Source of the DNA: Acidobacteriota bacterium
GTDB taxonomy: Bacteria; Acidobacteriota; UBA4820; DSQY01
Length of the DNA stretch: 64,000 nt
Assembly: GCA_049967655.1 (NCBI GenBank)
Contig: JBMFSH010000005.1
Span: 29,264-93,263, forward strand
Reading direction: 5' to 3'
The notes under the pieces were generated by a model. It was not told the DNA's origin and did no database searches. It worked only from the letters and a program-made list of their open reading frames with translations. Every line of letters starts with the position of its first letter. Position 1 is the stretch's first letter. The position numbers and the translations under genes were made by a program. Of this stretch, positions 1 to 9,273 are shown piece by piece.

Positions 1-77
1 GGCACCAAGCCTGAGAGACCTTGGGGAGGGGCAACCCTCCCCGAAGTATTTTTCACGCCATCGAAGGCACGAGAAGG
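1..77 (+). repeat. Direct repeat copy 1 (77 bp visible; begins with tRNA 3' end GGCACCA, truncated by window edge)
   Basis: Identical to 262-338; period 261 bp. Confidence 0.95.
21..53 (+). terminator. Rho-independent terminator (second copy at 282-314)
   Basis: GGGGAGGG-GCAA-CCCTCCCC stem with GNRA loop followed by GAAGTATTTTT. Confidence 0.7.
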
Positions 78-243
78 GGGGGCGAGAAGGGCGGGAGACG
101 GCGTAGGCCCGCCGCGAGAACGCGAGCGAAGAGCGAGCGTTCGCAGCGACGCGGGGCAAGCCGAGGGACCCGCCCCGGGAACCGTAGGCGGCCTTGAAAC
201 GGAGCCGCGAGACTCGCGAGCGGCGAGGCTTCTAGGCCGCGTA

Positions 244-268
244 GGTTCGAGTCCCCCCTTCGGCACCA
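244..268 (+). pseudogene. tRNA 3'-half fragment (probably tRNA-Leu-like)
   Basis: GGTTCGAGTCCCCCCTTCGGCACCA = T-loop, acceptor 3' strand and CCA; the 5' T-stem strand (GTAGG) is mismatched and no D or anticodon arm lies upstream. Confidence 0.75.
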
Positions 269-338
269 AGCCTGAGAGACCTTGGGGAGGGGCAACCCTC
301 CCCGAAGTATTTTTCACGCCATCGAAGGCACGAGAAGG
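262..338 (+). repeat. Direct repeat copy 2
   Basis: Identical to 1-77. Confidence 0.95.
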
Positions 339-476
339 AGAAGGGCAGGGAATCGCCCGGCGTTCAGGAGGTGGATTCCGGTGGCCGAGCCCCCAGCCGT
401 GAAGCAGCCGGAGGTAGGCCGTCCTACCCTGGGAAACTCGAGGGCGAAGGCGCCCCAGCAGTGTCGGCCAGCAGAG

Positions 477-1220
477 CTACATGACCATGCCGCCGTTGAC
501 GGAGAGTGTCTGGCCCGTGATGTACGCCGCGTCGTCGCTGAGCAAGAAGGCCACGGCGCACGCGATGTCCTCGGCGCTGCCGAATCGCTTCATGGGGATG
601 AGCGAGGCCATCTGCTCCTTCTGCTGCTCGGTGAGCTTGTCGGTCATAGCCGTGACGATGAAACCAGGGGCCACCGCGTTGCAGGTGATGTTGCGGCTGG
701 CCAGCTCGCGAGCGGTCACCTTGGTGAGCCCGATGATGCCTGCCTTGCTGGCCACATAGTTGGCCTGCCCCGCATTCCCCATGAGAGCTACCACGGAGGC
801 GATGTTCACAATGCGACCGAAGCGTTCGGCCATCATGGGTTTGAGAGCGGCCTGGGTGAGGTTGAAGCTGCCCGTCAGATTGACGGAAAGAACGGCATCC
901 CAATCCTCCGGTTTCATGCGCATGAGGAGCGCATCGCGCGTGATGCCCGCGTTGTTGACCAGCAGATCCAGGCGCCCGGCCTGTTCCGAGACCGCCTGGA
1001 CGGCCGCTTCGCACGAGGCGCGGTCGGAGACGTTGAGCTCCAGCGGGATGACATGCAGGCCTCGGGCCGACAGCGCTTGCGCGGATTGGGTCATGCCGGC
1101 GAGATTGAGGTCACCGCCGAAGACGCGGGCACCTTCGCTGGCCAGTTTCTCCACGATAGCGAGGCCTATTCCCTGGGCCCCTCCGGACACGAGCGCTACG
1201 CGATCTGAAAAACGAGCCAT
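477..1220 (-). CDS. fabG: 3-oxoacyl-ACP reductase
   Basis: SGGAQGIG, NNAGITRD, YVASK SDR motifs; GGAGG RBS; fab operon context. Confidence 0.95.
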   Translation of the reverse strand: MARFSDRVALVSGGAQGIGLAIVEKLASEGARVFGGDLNLAGMTQSAQALSARGLHVIPLELNVSDRASCEAAVQAVSEQAGRLDLLVNNAGITRDALLMRMKPEDWDAVLSVNLTGSFNLTQAALKPMMAERFGRIVNIASVVALMGNAGQANYVASKAGIIGLTKVTARELASRNITCNAVAPGFIVTAMTDKLTEQQKEQMASLIPMKRFGSAEDIACAVAFLLSDDAAYITGQTLSVNGGMVM

Positions 1221-1267
1221 GTTCACCTCCCTCGGTGTGTCGGTGCAGCGTGGGGGCCTGCCCCCGA

Positions 1268-2206
1268 TCAGCCCCGGAGCCCGTCGAGTGCCTTGTCGAG
1301 GCTCTGCGGAGACTCCACGTTCAGGAGCTTCCAATCCCGGTTGACCCGCTTGGCCAAGCCGCTGAGGACTGTGCCAGGGCCCACCTCCAGAATCGTATCC
1401 ACCCCCTGGCTTTGCAGGAAGAGCAGGGTCTCACGCCACCTTACGGGCGAATCCACCTGCGCGATGAGCTTGGCGCGCGCCGACGCCCCCTCGGTGGTGG
1501 GGGCGGCGTCCACGTTGGCCACCACGGGCCGCCTCGGATCCAAGAATGCGAGGGCTTCGAGCTCGGGCGTGAGGCGCTCGCGGGCGGGGGCCATGAGGGA
1601 GCAGTGGAATGGGGCCGAGACGGGCAGGAGGACGGCTTTGCGGCAGCCGAGCGCCTTGGCCGCCTCTACGGCCCTGTGGACGGCCTCGGCGTGGCCGGCG
1701 ATGACCACCTGGCCCGGGGCGTTGTCGTTCGCCGGGCTGACGACCTGGCCCTGGGCCGCCTGGGCGCAGGCCTGTCGGACCGCCTCGATCTCGATGCCCA
1801 TCAGAGCAGCCATAGCGCCCACTCCAACGGGGACGGCTTCTTGCATGAACTGCCCGCGATGGCGAACAATCCGCAAGGCTTCCGCCAAGGGAACAGCCCC
1901 GGCGGCCACCAAGGCGCTGTATTCGCCGAGGGAGTGGCCCGCGAAATAGGCGGGAACAAGGTCGGGCTTGACGCTCATGAGTGCGGCCCATGCCGCCAAA
2001 GAGACGGCCAAGACGCCGGGCTGCGTGTTTTCGGTGAGGTTTAGGGCCTCGGCTGGCCCCTCCCAGAGGAGCCTGCGGAAATCCGACTCCAACGCCGCGT
2101 CCGCCTGCGCGAACACCCCGGCGGACTCGGCGAAGGTTTCGGAGAGTTCCTTCCCCATGCCCACGTACTGAGAAGCCTGACCAGGAAAGACGACGGCGAT
2201 CTTCAT
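1268..2206 (-). CDS. fabD: Malonyl-CoA:ACP transacylase
   Basis: VFPGQ, GHSLGEY, SAPFH motifs. Confidence 0.96.
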   Translation of the reverse strand: MKIAVVFPGQASQYVGMGKELSETFAESAGVFAQADAALESDFRRLLWEGPAEALNLTENTQPGVLAVSLAAWAALMSVKPDLVPAYFAGHSLGEYSALVAAGAVPLAEALRIVRHRGQFMQEAVPVGVGAMAALMGIEIEAVRQACAQAAQGQVVSPANDNAPGQVVIAGHAEAVHRAVEAAKALGCRKAVLLPVSAPFHCSLMAPARERLTPELEALAFLDPRRPVVANVDAAPTTEGASARAKLIAQVDSPVRWRETLLFLQSQGVDTILEVGPGTVLSGLAKRVNRDWKLLNVESPQSLDKALDGLRG

Positions 2207-2277
2207 GGACACCTCTAAGGCACGATAGGTGGTTTCAGAAGGGTTGCCCCCGCCGACGCGGTGCCCATCCACGCTCC

Positions 2278-3264
2278 CTACCAGCGTATCAATCCAGAGC
2301 CCCAGGTGAGACCGGCACCGAAGGCGGCGAAGAGAAGGATGTCGCCCGGCTGCACCCTCCCAGAGCGCACCAGTTCGTCCAGGGCGATGGGGATGGAGGC
2401 GGCGGAGGTGTTCCCGATGCGGTCGATGTTGAGGTATATGGTCTCGGGCGGCCAGCCGAGACGCTCGGCGACGGCGCTGATGATCCTCACGTTGGCCTGA
2501 TGCGGCACGAACCAGCGCACGTCCGCCGGGGTGAGGCCCGCCCGTTCGATGGCCTCACGGCAAACCGATTCCAGGGAGCGGACCGCGATCTTGAAGGTCT
2601 CGTTGCCCTTCATCTTGATCGTGTGGAGGTTGGCGTCGATCATGGCGTGGCTCACGGGGATCTTGGAGCCTCCGCCTGGAAGGGTAATGAATTCGGCCAT
2701 GGAGCCGTCGGCGTGGATGGCCGACGAGAGAAGCCCCCGTCCGTTTTCCTCGGCCGAGAGGATCACGGCTCCGGCTCCGTCTGCGAAGAGGACGCACGTG
2801 GCGCGGTCCTGCCAGTCCACGTACTTGGAGAGGACCTCAGCCCCAACCACGAGAACGTGGCGGGCGAGCCCGTTGCGGATGAAGCTGTCTCCGACGGTGA
2901 TGGCGTAGATGAAGCCCGAGCAGCCCGCCGCCATGTCGAAGGCGGCCGCCCTCTTGGCGCCGATCATGTGCTGGACGAAGCAGGCGGTGGAGGGGATGGG
3001 CTGGTCGGGAGTCACCGTGGCGACGATGATCAGGTCGAGCTCTTCGGCCTTCAGGCCCGCCATCTCCAGAGCACGGCGAGAGGCTTCGGCCACGAAAAGG
3101 GAGAGGTACTCGTTCTCGGCGGCGATTCGCCGCTCTCGAATGCCCGTTCGAGTGGTGATCCACTCGTCGGTCGTATCCACCATCTTTTCTAAGTCGGCGT
3201 TGGTCAGGACCTTCTGCGGAAGGGAGTGTCCCGTGCCGCTAATTCGCGACCGAACGTTTGCCAT
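2278..3264 (-). CDS. fabH: 3-oxoacyl-ACP synthase III
   Basis: AGCSGF, PHQAN, GNTSAAS, FGAGLTWG. Confidence 0.96.
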   Translation of the reverse strand: MANVRSRISGTGHSLPQKVLTNADLEKMVDTTDEWITTRTGIRERRIAAENEYLSLFVAEASRRALEMAGLKAEELDLIIVATVTPDQPIPSTACFVQHMIGAKRAAAFDMAAGCSGFIYAITVGDSFIRNGLARHVLVVGAEVLSKYVDWQDRATCVLFADGAGAVILSAEENGRGLLSSAIHADGSMAEFITLPGGGSKIPVSHAMIDANLHTIKMKGNETFKIAVRSLESVCREAIERAGLTPADVRWFVPHQANVRIISAVAERLGWPPETIYLNIDRIGNTSAASIPIALDELVRSGRVQPGDILLFAAFGAGLTWGSGLIRW

Positions 3265-4273
3265 TGGGGGTATCCTTCATACGCGCGTGAATCTGGTCGA
3301 TGATCCGCTGGTTCAGGCCCGCAAGGCAGAAGTCGCGGGCAAGGCGGAGGGCGTTCATGATGGCCTTGGGCTGCGAACGGCCGTGGCAGATGATGGTGAC
3401 GGCCTGCACGCCCAAGAGGAGCGCCCCGCCGTACTCGGCGTAATCCATTTTGGCCTTTAGCCCCTTGTAGACCTTGGAGGAGAGGAGGTATCCCAGCTTG
3501 GAGATGGCGCTTTGCTGAAAGCCCTCCCTGAGCGTCTGTCCAATGTACTCGTAAACGGACTCGCCGGTCTTCAGCACCACGTTCCCGGTGAAGCCGTCGG
3601 TGACGATGACGTCGGCCTCGCCTCCGAAGAGCCCGTGCGCCTCCACGTTGCCCGTAAAATTGATGTCCGCCTGCTGGAGGAGCTTGAACACCTCCTTGGT
3701 CAGGTCGTTGCCCTTGATGTCCTCCTCCCCGATGGAGAGGAGGCCCACGCGCGGGTGCTCGATGCCGGTGACCTGAGAGGCGTAGATGCTGCCCATGATG
3801 GCGAACTGCAGGAGCTGGGAGGGCTTGCAGTCGCTGTTGGCCCCGACGTCCAGGATGAGGGAGGCGCCCTTGGCGTGCGGCAACCAGGTGGCCAGCGCGG
3901 GCCTCTCCACGACTTCGATGCCGCCAATCACCAGTTTGGCTGTGGCCATGACGGCGCCCGTGTTCCCGGCCGAGACCAGCCCCTGGGCCTCACCGGCCTT
4001 GACCAGCTCGGCGGCTATGCGCAGGGAGCTCCTCCGCTTCTTGCGGATGGGCGTCATGGGGGGGTCGTCCATGGTGACGACCTCCTCGGCGTGCACCACC
4101 GAGAGCCCCTCCTCCTCTGCCTTGAGCTGGGCGAGTTCGCGCCTGAGCCGCGGCTCGTCCCCGACGAGGACGGTGCGGACGCCGAATCGCCGATAAGCCT
4201 CCACCGCACCGATGACCTCGGGAAGTGGAGCCCGGTCCCCCCCCATCGCGTCAAGAGCGATGCGGATGGTCAT
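3239..4273 (-). CDS. plsX: Phosphate acyltransferase
   Basis: IALDAMGGD, SAGNTGA, RPALA, DGFTGN. Confidence 0.96.
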   Translation of the reverse strand: MTIRIALDAMGGDRAPLPEVIGAVEAYRRFGVRTVLVGDEPRLRRELAQLKAEEEGLSVVHAEEVVTMDDPPMTPIRKKRRSSLRIAAELVKAGEAQGLVSAGNTGAVMATAKLVIGGIEVVERPALATWLPHAKGASLILDVGANSDCKPSQLLQFAIMGSIYASQVTGIEHPRVGLLSIGEEDIKGNDLTKEVFKLLQQADINFTGNVEAHGLFGGEADVIVTDGFTGNVVLKTGESVYEYIGQTLREGFQQSAISKLGYLLSSKVYKGLKAKMDYAEYGGALLLGVQAVTIICHGRSQPKAIMNALRLARDFCLAGLNQRIIDQIHARMKDTPNGKRSVAN

Positions 4274-4280
4274 TCAACCC

Positions 4281-4463
4281 TCAGGTTTCCTTGACTTCAA
4301 GGACGGCACGGCCGTCGTAGTGGCCGCACGCGGGGCAGACCTGATGCGGTGGCCGCTTCTCGTGGCACTGGGGGCACTCCACCAGATTGGGCAGACTCAG
4401 GGCATCGCCGGTGCGGCGCTTGTCCCTGCGGGTTTTCGAATGGCGGCGTCTCGGGTTGGGCAT
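4281..4463 (-). CDS. rpmF: 50S ribosomal protein L32
   Basis: PNPRRRHSKTRRDKRR, CPQC/CPAC zinc knuckles. Confidence 0.95.
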   Translation of the reverse strand: MPNPRRRHSKTRRDKRRTGDALSLPNLVECPQCHEKRPPHQVCPACGHYDGRAVLEVKET

Positions 4464-4466
4464 GGG

Positions 4467-4988
4467 TTACTCCTTTCGTGGGGAGACGAAGTGAGCCAGC
4501 GGGATCCAGCGCAGATCAGGATCGGGGGGGCAGGCGCAGGGCCCCTGGTTCAGGTCGGCACCGCAACGGGGGCACAAGCCTTTGCAGTCCTCACGGCAGA
4601 GGATCTTCTCCGGCATTTCCAGGTACATCTGCTGGGCAATGAGGTCTTCAAGCTGCAGCGTATCCTCGTCGTAATAGGTGGTTTCGTCGCATTCGCTCGA
4701 AACCTCCACGGCCTCTACCACGGGCGCCTGGGCGGCGGGCCGATATTCGAGAGAGAAGGCGCAGGTCCCGGCCATGGAGGCCGGCGCGAGGCAGCGGGAA
4801 CAGGGAGCCACGGCCTTGTAATCAAACCTTCCGTCCAGCTTGTGGGCCCCCTTCCAGGGTTCTACCAACAGGGAGAGTTCGCCCGGGGTGACGGTGGCCT
4901 CGTAGTGGAAGCCGAGCTCGAGCCGAAAAGGCGCCACCTGCTCGTGGAACTCTACCGGCTGGACCACATCTGAAAAACGGATCCACAT
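4467..4988 (-). CDS. yceD: YceD/DUF177 family protein
   Basis: CSRCL and LCREDCKGLCPRCG motifs; lies upstream of rpmF. Confidence 0.88.
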   Translation of the reverse strand: MWIRFSDVVQPVEFHEQVAPFRLELGFHYEATVTPGELSLLVEPWKGAHKLDGRFDYKAVAPCSRCLAPASMAGTCAFSLEYRPAAQAPVVEAVEVSSECDETTYYDEDTLQLEDLIAQQMYLEMPEKILCREDCKGLCPRCGADLNQGPCACPPDPDLRWIPLAHFVSPRKE

Positions 4989-5171
4989 GGCGCGAGGGTT
5001 CCTCCTAAGCGCAACAGAATACCACAGTTAGGGGCTTCCCGTCAAGGGCGGTGGGCCATTGGCGAGGTTTTCCCGCTTGCGGTTTCTTGCGCGCCCGGTG
5101 GGCTCGGAAGCGAAAAACACTCCTTCCCTAACTCCCGCCTTCGGGTGATAATGAGCCCAGGGGGAGGCCTT

Positions 5172-5789
5172 ATGCCCGTTCGAGAAGAAGCCTTTCCGTT
5201 TGCCGGGCCTCCGGCCGTAGCTGGCGTGGTGCTGGCGGTCCTGGGGCACCCCATCTGGTGTGGCGCACTCCTGCTCGTGAGTCTGTGCGTGTGCGCCTTC
5301 TTTCGCGATCCGGAGCGGCATCCCCCGCCGGACGGTCGTTTGATCGTGGCCCCGGCGGACGGGCGCATCCTCATTGCCGGAAGGGAAGGGGAGCACGCCA
5401 AGATCAGCATCTTCATGTCGGTGCTCAACGTGCACGTCAACCGAGCGCCTTCCGACAGCCGGGTCTCGCGCTCGCTCTACAATCCGGGCAAGTTCCTGGC
5501 CGCATGGAACGACAAGGCCTCCCTGGACAACGAGCAGGTGAGGATCCAGTTGAAGACCGACCATGGCCCCGTCGAAGTCGTTCTCATCGCGGGCCTGATC
5601 GCGAGGCGGATCGTGTGCTGGGCCGTCAAGGACCGGCAGTTCAGGCGGGGCGAAAGAATCGGTCTGATCCGGTTCGGCTCGAGGGTGGACCTGCTGCTCC
5701 CTCCCGGCGAGGTGGAGCTGCTCGTCGCGCCGGGGCAGCGGGTGCGAGCGGGCCGCACTCCGGTGGCCCGCTGGAGCGCGGACCGATGA
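5172..5789 (+). CDS. psd: Phosphatidylserine decarboxylase proenzyme
   Basis: FFRDPER, APADG, NVHVNRAP, RFGSRVD (pyruvoyl GS site). Confidence 0.93.
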   Translation: MPVREEAFPFAGPPAVAGVVLAVLGHPIWCGALLLVSLCVCAFFRDPERHPPPDGRLIVAPADGRILIAGREGEHAKISIFMSVLNVHVNRAPSDSRVSRSLYNPGKFLAAWNDKASLDNEQVRIQLKTDHGPVEVVLIAGLIARRIVCWAVKDRQFRRGERIGLIRFGSRVDLLLPPGEVELLVAPGQRVRAGRTPVARWSADR

Positions 5790-6592
5790 CCCCGCGCCGC
5801 CTGGGACCCCTCGCGCGGGTCGGCCGGCCCATCCCCATCCGGAGGGGCGTGGCCGCGCTCCCTTCGCTCTTCACCGTCGCCAACATGTTCTGCGGTTACT
5901 ACGCCATCATCCTGGGCTCCAAGCACAGGTTCGAGTGGGCCGTCACGCTGGTCATCATGGCTGGCATCCTGGACAGCCTGGATGGGCGTATTGCGCGAAT
6001 GACGGGCACCTCCAGCGAATTCGGCAAGGAGCTGGATTCGCTCTCCGACTTCCTCTCCTTCGGTCTCGCGCCGGCTCTGATCCTCTACCACTGGGGCTTC
6101 GCGGACCTCGGGCGCACGGGGTGGCTCTTCGCCTTTCTTCTGCCGGTGGCGGGGGCCCTGCGGTTGGCGAGGTTCAACGTCCAGGCCGCCAAGGTGGACA
6201 AGCGCTACTTCGTGGGGCTTCCGATCCCCGCGGGCGCGGCGGCCGCCGTCCTCCCGCTCTACTTTTTGCCCGAGGGGCTGCCGCCGGCCTTCAAGGCGGC
6301 GGCTCTGGCTTACGTGGTGGCGCTTTCGTGGCTCATGGTGAGCACGATTCGCTACCGGTCCTTCAAGGAGTTCGACTGGCGGGAGAGGCGGCCCTCGCGG
6401 CTCGTCTTCGTGCTGGCCCTGGTGTTGGTGCTCGTCGCCCTCTACCCGACGCTCATCCTGCTCCTCCTGGCCGTCGGGTACGCCCTATCGGGCCCGGCTG
6501 GGTGGGTGTGGACCAGGCTGATCAGGCGGAGTACCCCGGCGGGAGAAGGAGCCCCTCCGGAGATCGCCGGGGAGGAGCAACATGCACCCTGA
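5786..6592 (+). CDS. pssA: CDP-diacylglycerol-serine O-phosphatidyltransferase
   Basis: DSLDGRIAR...FGKELDSLSD CDP-alcohol motif; ATGA overlap with psd. Confidence 0.92.
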   Translation: MTPRRLGPLARVGRPIPIRRGVAALPSLFTVANMFCGYYAIILGSKHRFEWAVTLVIMAGILDSLDGRIARMTGTSSEFGKELDSLSDFLSFGLAPALILYHWGFADLGRTGWLFAFLLPVAGALRLARFNVQAAKVDKRYFVGLPIPAGAAAAVLPLYFLPEGLPPAFKAAALAYVVALSWLMVSTIRYRSFKEFDWRERRPSRLVFVLALVLVLVALYPTLILLLLAVGYALSGPAGWVWTRLIRRSTPAGEGAPPEIAGEEQHAP

Positions 6593-7565
6593 GCCCGGCT
6601 ACGTGGCATTCGTCGGCGCCGGACCTCTGGAGGTCCTCGAACTGAAATCGCGCCTCACGGAGATGGGCGTGGAGGAATCGGCGATTCTGGTTTTCGGACC
6701 CACGCTCGGGACCTGGGAGATGTCGGTAGAGGACGACGCGGCGGCCATCTACCTGCCGCTGGACGAGGAGTTGTTCCGCAAGGTGGGGACGGTTTTCCTG
6801 TTCACGAGCGATGCTGAGGCACGGCAGTTCGTGCTCGCCTGGGCCCAGAGGGCCGGCGCCCTCGTTTTGGACCTCTCCCTCCAGGCGGCCGCTCCCGACG
6901 GTTGGTGCAACCCGCTGGCCGATGCCGACACCCTGCGTTCGAGGGGCTCCCTGCTCAGCTTTCCGACTCCCGCCGCTCTTTTCCTGGGCCTCGCCTTGAA
7001 TGCCTTGGAGGGCCAGGCCATCCCTTCCGTGGATTGCCACCTCTTTTTGCCCGCGTCGGCCAGGGGCGAGGCCGGTGTGGACGAGCTGTTTCAGCAGAGC
7101 GTGAGCCTGCTGAATTTCAAGCCGCTTCCTATGGAGATCTTTGGTCGGCAGGTGGCCTTCAACCTGTTTCCGTCCGAGGCCCAACTCGGCGGCGATGTGT
7201 TTAGGGATCAGGTCCGGTGCATCAGCAACCGGGAGCTGACCATGACCCTGGTGTCCATGCAGACTCCCGTGTTCCACAACACGGGCCTCTCCTCTCTGGT
7301 TCACCTGCAAACCGCGGCCGATCCCGAAAAGAGAATGCGCGCCGTCCTGAAGAAGCAGGGCTACTTTCACCTGTTCACCGGAGAACGGTGGCCCTCGCCG
7401 GTGGAGGTGGGGAAGCTCGAATCACCCATCCTCGGCATCCGCAGGCTGAGGGACGACGTGCTGTGGATCTGGATGCTGTTCGACAACATAAAGGCGGGAA
7501 TGGCGCCGCTCGCCGCTCGGGCCTTCAAATCCCTGCGATGGAATCCGGCCGACGCTCAGTCTTGA
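6582..7565 (+). CDS. Asd/Usg-like semialdehyde dehydrogenase-fold protein, probably degenerate
   Basis: PASARGEAGVDEL, FGRQVAFNL, PVFH, WMLFDNI dimerisation-domain motifs; no NPNC catalytic motif. Confidence 0.7.
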   Translation: MHPEPGYVAFVGAGPLEVLELKSRLTEMGVEESAILVFGPTLGTWEMSVEDDAAAIYLPLDEELFRKVGTVFLFTSDAEARQFVLAWAQRAGALVLDLSLQAAAPDGWCNPLADADTLRSRGSLLSFPTPAALFLGLALNALEGQAIPSVDCHLFLPASARGEAGVDELFQQSVSLLNFKPLPMEIFGRQVAFNLFPSEAQLGGDVFRDQVRCISNRELTMTLVSMQTPVFHNTGLSSLVHLQTAADPEKRMRAVLKKQGYFHLFTGERWPSPVEVGKLESPILGIRRLRDDVLWIWMLFDNIKAGMAPLAARAFKSLRWNPADAQS

Positions 7566-7753
7566 AGACTGAGATCCTCGATGGCCTGAAGTTCGGGCTC
7601 CTGCCCCTCGGCGTAGGCCTGCGGAAAGTGCTGAAAGATGTGCATGCAGTCCAGAGAGCAGAAGGAGAAGGGCTTCCCCTCGTAGGTGACCTCAAAGGTC
7701 ACCCCCTCGGGACTCAAAAAACCACCGCAAACGGGACAGCGTTCCTGGATCAC
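7556..7753 (-). CDS. Small YHS-domain protein
   Basis: CPVCG...YEGKPFSFCSLDC; GTG start with GGAGG RBS. Confidence 0.75.
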   Translation of the reverse strand: MIQERCPVCGGFLSPEGVTFEVTYEGKPFSFCSLDCMHIFQHFPQAYAEGQEPELQAIEDLSLQD

Positions 7754-7943
7754 GGGCCGCCTCCTGTCCAAGAGAGCATCAAACACCGTGCCATGTCGGT
7801 AGCACTTCGATGGAACCATGGTGGGTTCATGGGCGGGCAGGGTGGCCCCGTTCTATTCGTTCTCGCGGGCTGGTCCGATCACGAGCCAAGGTGTTACCGC
7901 CGGAAACGGAAGAGGCGGAACCAGCCCCCCGGCCTCGCCACAC

Positions 7944-7975
7944 AAAAAGGGCCCCCCGCTGAACCCGGGAGGCCC
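7944..7975 (-). terminator. Rho-independent terminator closing the copper efflux operon
   Basis: Minus strand GGGCCTCCCG-GGTTCAG-CGGGGGGCCC-TTTTT. Confidence 0.75.
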
Positions 7976-7997
7976 CCTGAACCGCCGGTGATTCGAT

Positions 7998-8396
7998 CTA
8001 GAGCTTCTTGACGGTATCGACCTCAATGGCGCTGATACCGTCGCGCTGGAAAAGAGGCCCGGTCACCTCCACCTGGTCGGCGGCGAACCCCTTGGCCTCC
8101 TCGAAAGGCTTGCTGTCCGTGTGGCTGGCCACCAGCAGGTAGACTTTGCCGTCCGCCGTCCTGAGCCCCATGGGCTGGCCGCCCTTCAGGCACATGAGGG
8201 CGCACTGCTGGTGTTTCATGCCCATGGCGCCGTGGCCGAGGTAGCAGGCCATATCCAGGATCTCGCCCTTCACCGTGACGCTTGCCTCTTTGTTCATCTT
8301 CATGGAACCGGCGGCGAAGGCGGCCGATCCCAAGAAACTCATCACAGCCAGAGCCAGAAGCGTCATCACAAAACCACGCTTGGTCATTCGCTGCAT
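7998..8396 (-). CDS. Secreted Cys/His/Met-rich hypothetical protein
   Basis: Signal peptide ending AFA; DMACYLGHGAMGMKHQQCALMC; GGAGG RBS. Confidence 0.8.
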   Translation of the reverse strand: MQRMTKRGFVMTLLALAVMSFLGSAAFAAGSMKMNKEASVTVKGEILDMACYLGHGAMGMKHQQCALMCLKGGQPMGLRTADGKVYLLVASHTDSKPFEEAKGFAADQVEVTGPLFQRDGISAIEVDTVKKL

Positions 8397-8451
8397 GGTT
8401 CACCTCCATATGGATGAGACTAACAAGCTGGGAGAGATGGGTATTCCTGGG

Positions 8452-9273
8452 TCATCTGGGCGCGCCGACGCGCTCCGGCCGCCCGGCTCTCAGGAACTGG
8501 ACGTAGGCCCACAGGGCGTCCACATCCTGGGGCTTGAGAACGTCACGGAAGCTGGGCATGTAGAGGTTTGCACGGTCCAGCAAAAAGGAGGCGGCGGGAT
8601 TGCGCGCCATGCGTTTGGATCGGCCGTCCAACACCCACTCCCGGAATTCCTCCTTGCTATGGACCAGGCTTGAGAAGTCCGCACCGATCCATCCGGGGAC
8701 GGTGAGGGTAAAGGAGCGCGGGTTTGGCACCCCGCCCGAGCCTCCTATCCCGTGGCAGGACTCGCAGCCGTATTTGCGCGAGAGCGTGAAGCCGTCCGAG
8801 GCGGGGCCCGAGTTCGGAACCCGGTAGCCGTCGGCCGCCATGACGTAGAGCGCCAGATCGTGTATCTCCGATGGACTCAGCCGTCCCTTGAAGGCGGGCA
8901 TGTGGAAGAGCGGAGCCGGCTTCGCGCCCAGGCCGGCCGCACTGGAGGAAGGCGGGGTGACCGCCTTCTTGGGTGGAGCTTCCGGCCGCCCGAAGCGGAT
9001 GAAGTTTTCGACCTCCTTGGGATTGTTGACGTACATCATCAGGTTCCCGCGGTAGAAGGAGGGGACGCTGCCCCACCGGCTTCCCGGGTCGTCGTGCTGG
9101 TCGCGCTGGAGGGGGGCGTGGCAGGCGAGGCACCCGTTCTCTGCCGCGAGGTTTCCCCCCGCCCGAACGGGGTTGCGGGTCCGGTAGGACCAGTACCAGT
9201 CGGGCCACCAGCGGGCCGTGGCGACCAGAATCACGAGCGCCACGACGAGGCCCGCGAGGCGTTTTTTCTTCAC
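8452..9273 (-). CDS. Dihaem c-type cytochrome, N-terminally anchored or exported
   Basis: CLACH and CESCH, each domain followed by MP(A/S)F axial Met; GTGA overlap with copA stop. Confidence 0.85.
   Translation of the reverse strand: MKKKRLAGLVVALVILVATARWWPDWYWSYRTRNPVRAGGNLAAENGCLACHAPLQRDQHDDPGSRWGSVPSFYRGNLMMYVNNPKEVENFIRFGRPEAPPKKAVTPPSSSAAGLGAKPAPLFHMPAFKGRLSPSEIHDLALYVMAADGYRVPNSGPASDGFTLSRKYGCESCHGIGGSGGVPNPRSFTLTVPGWIGADFSSLVHSKEEFREWVLDGRSKRMARNPAASFLLDRANLYMPSFRDVLKPQDVDALWAYVQFLRAGRPERVGAPR

Noticed and set aside
190..268. Intact tRNA gene
   Set aside because: The T-stem is mismatched and there is no acceptor 5' strand or D arm upstream
1..338. Repeat as a CRISPR array
   Set aside because: 77-bp repeat and 184-bp spacer are far too long, only two copies, tRNA-derived, no cas genes
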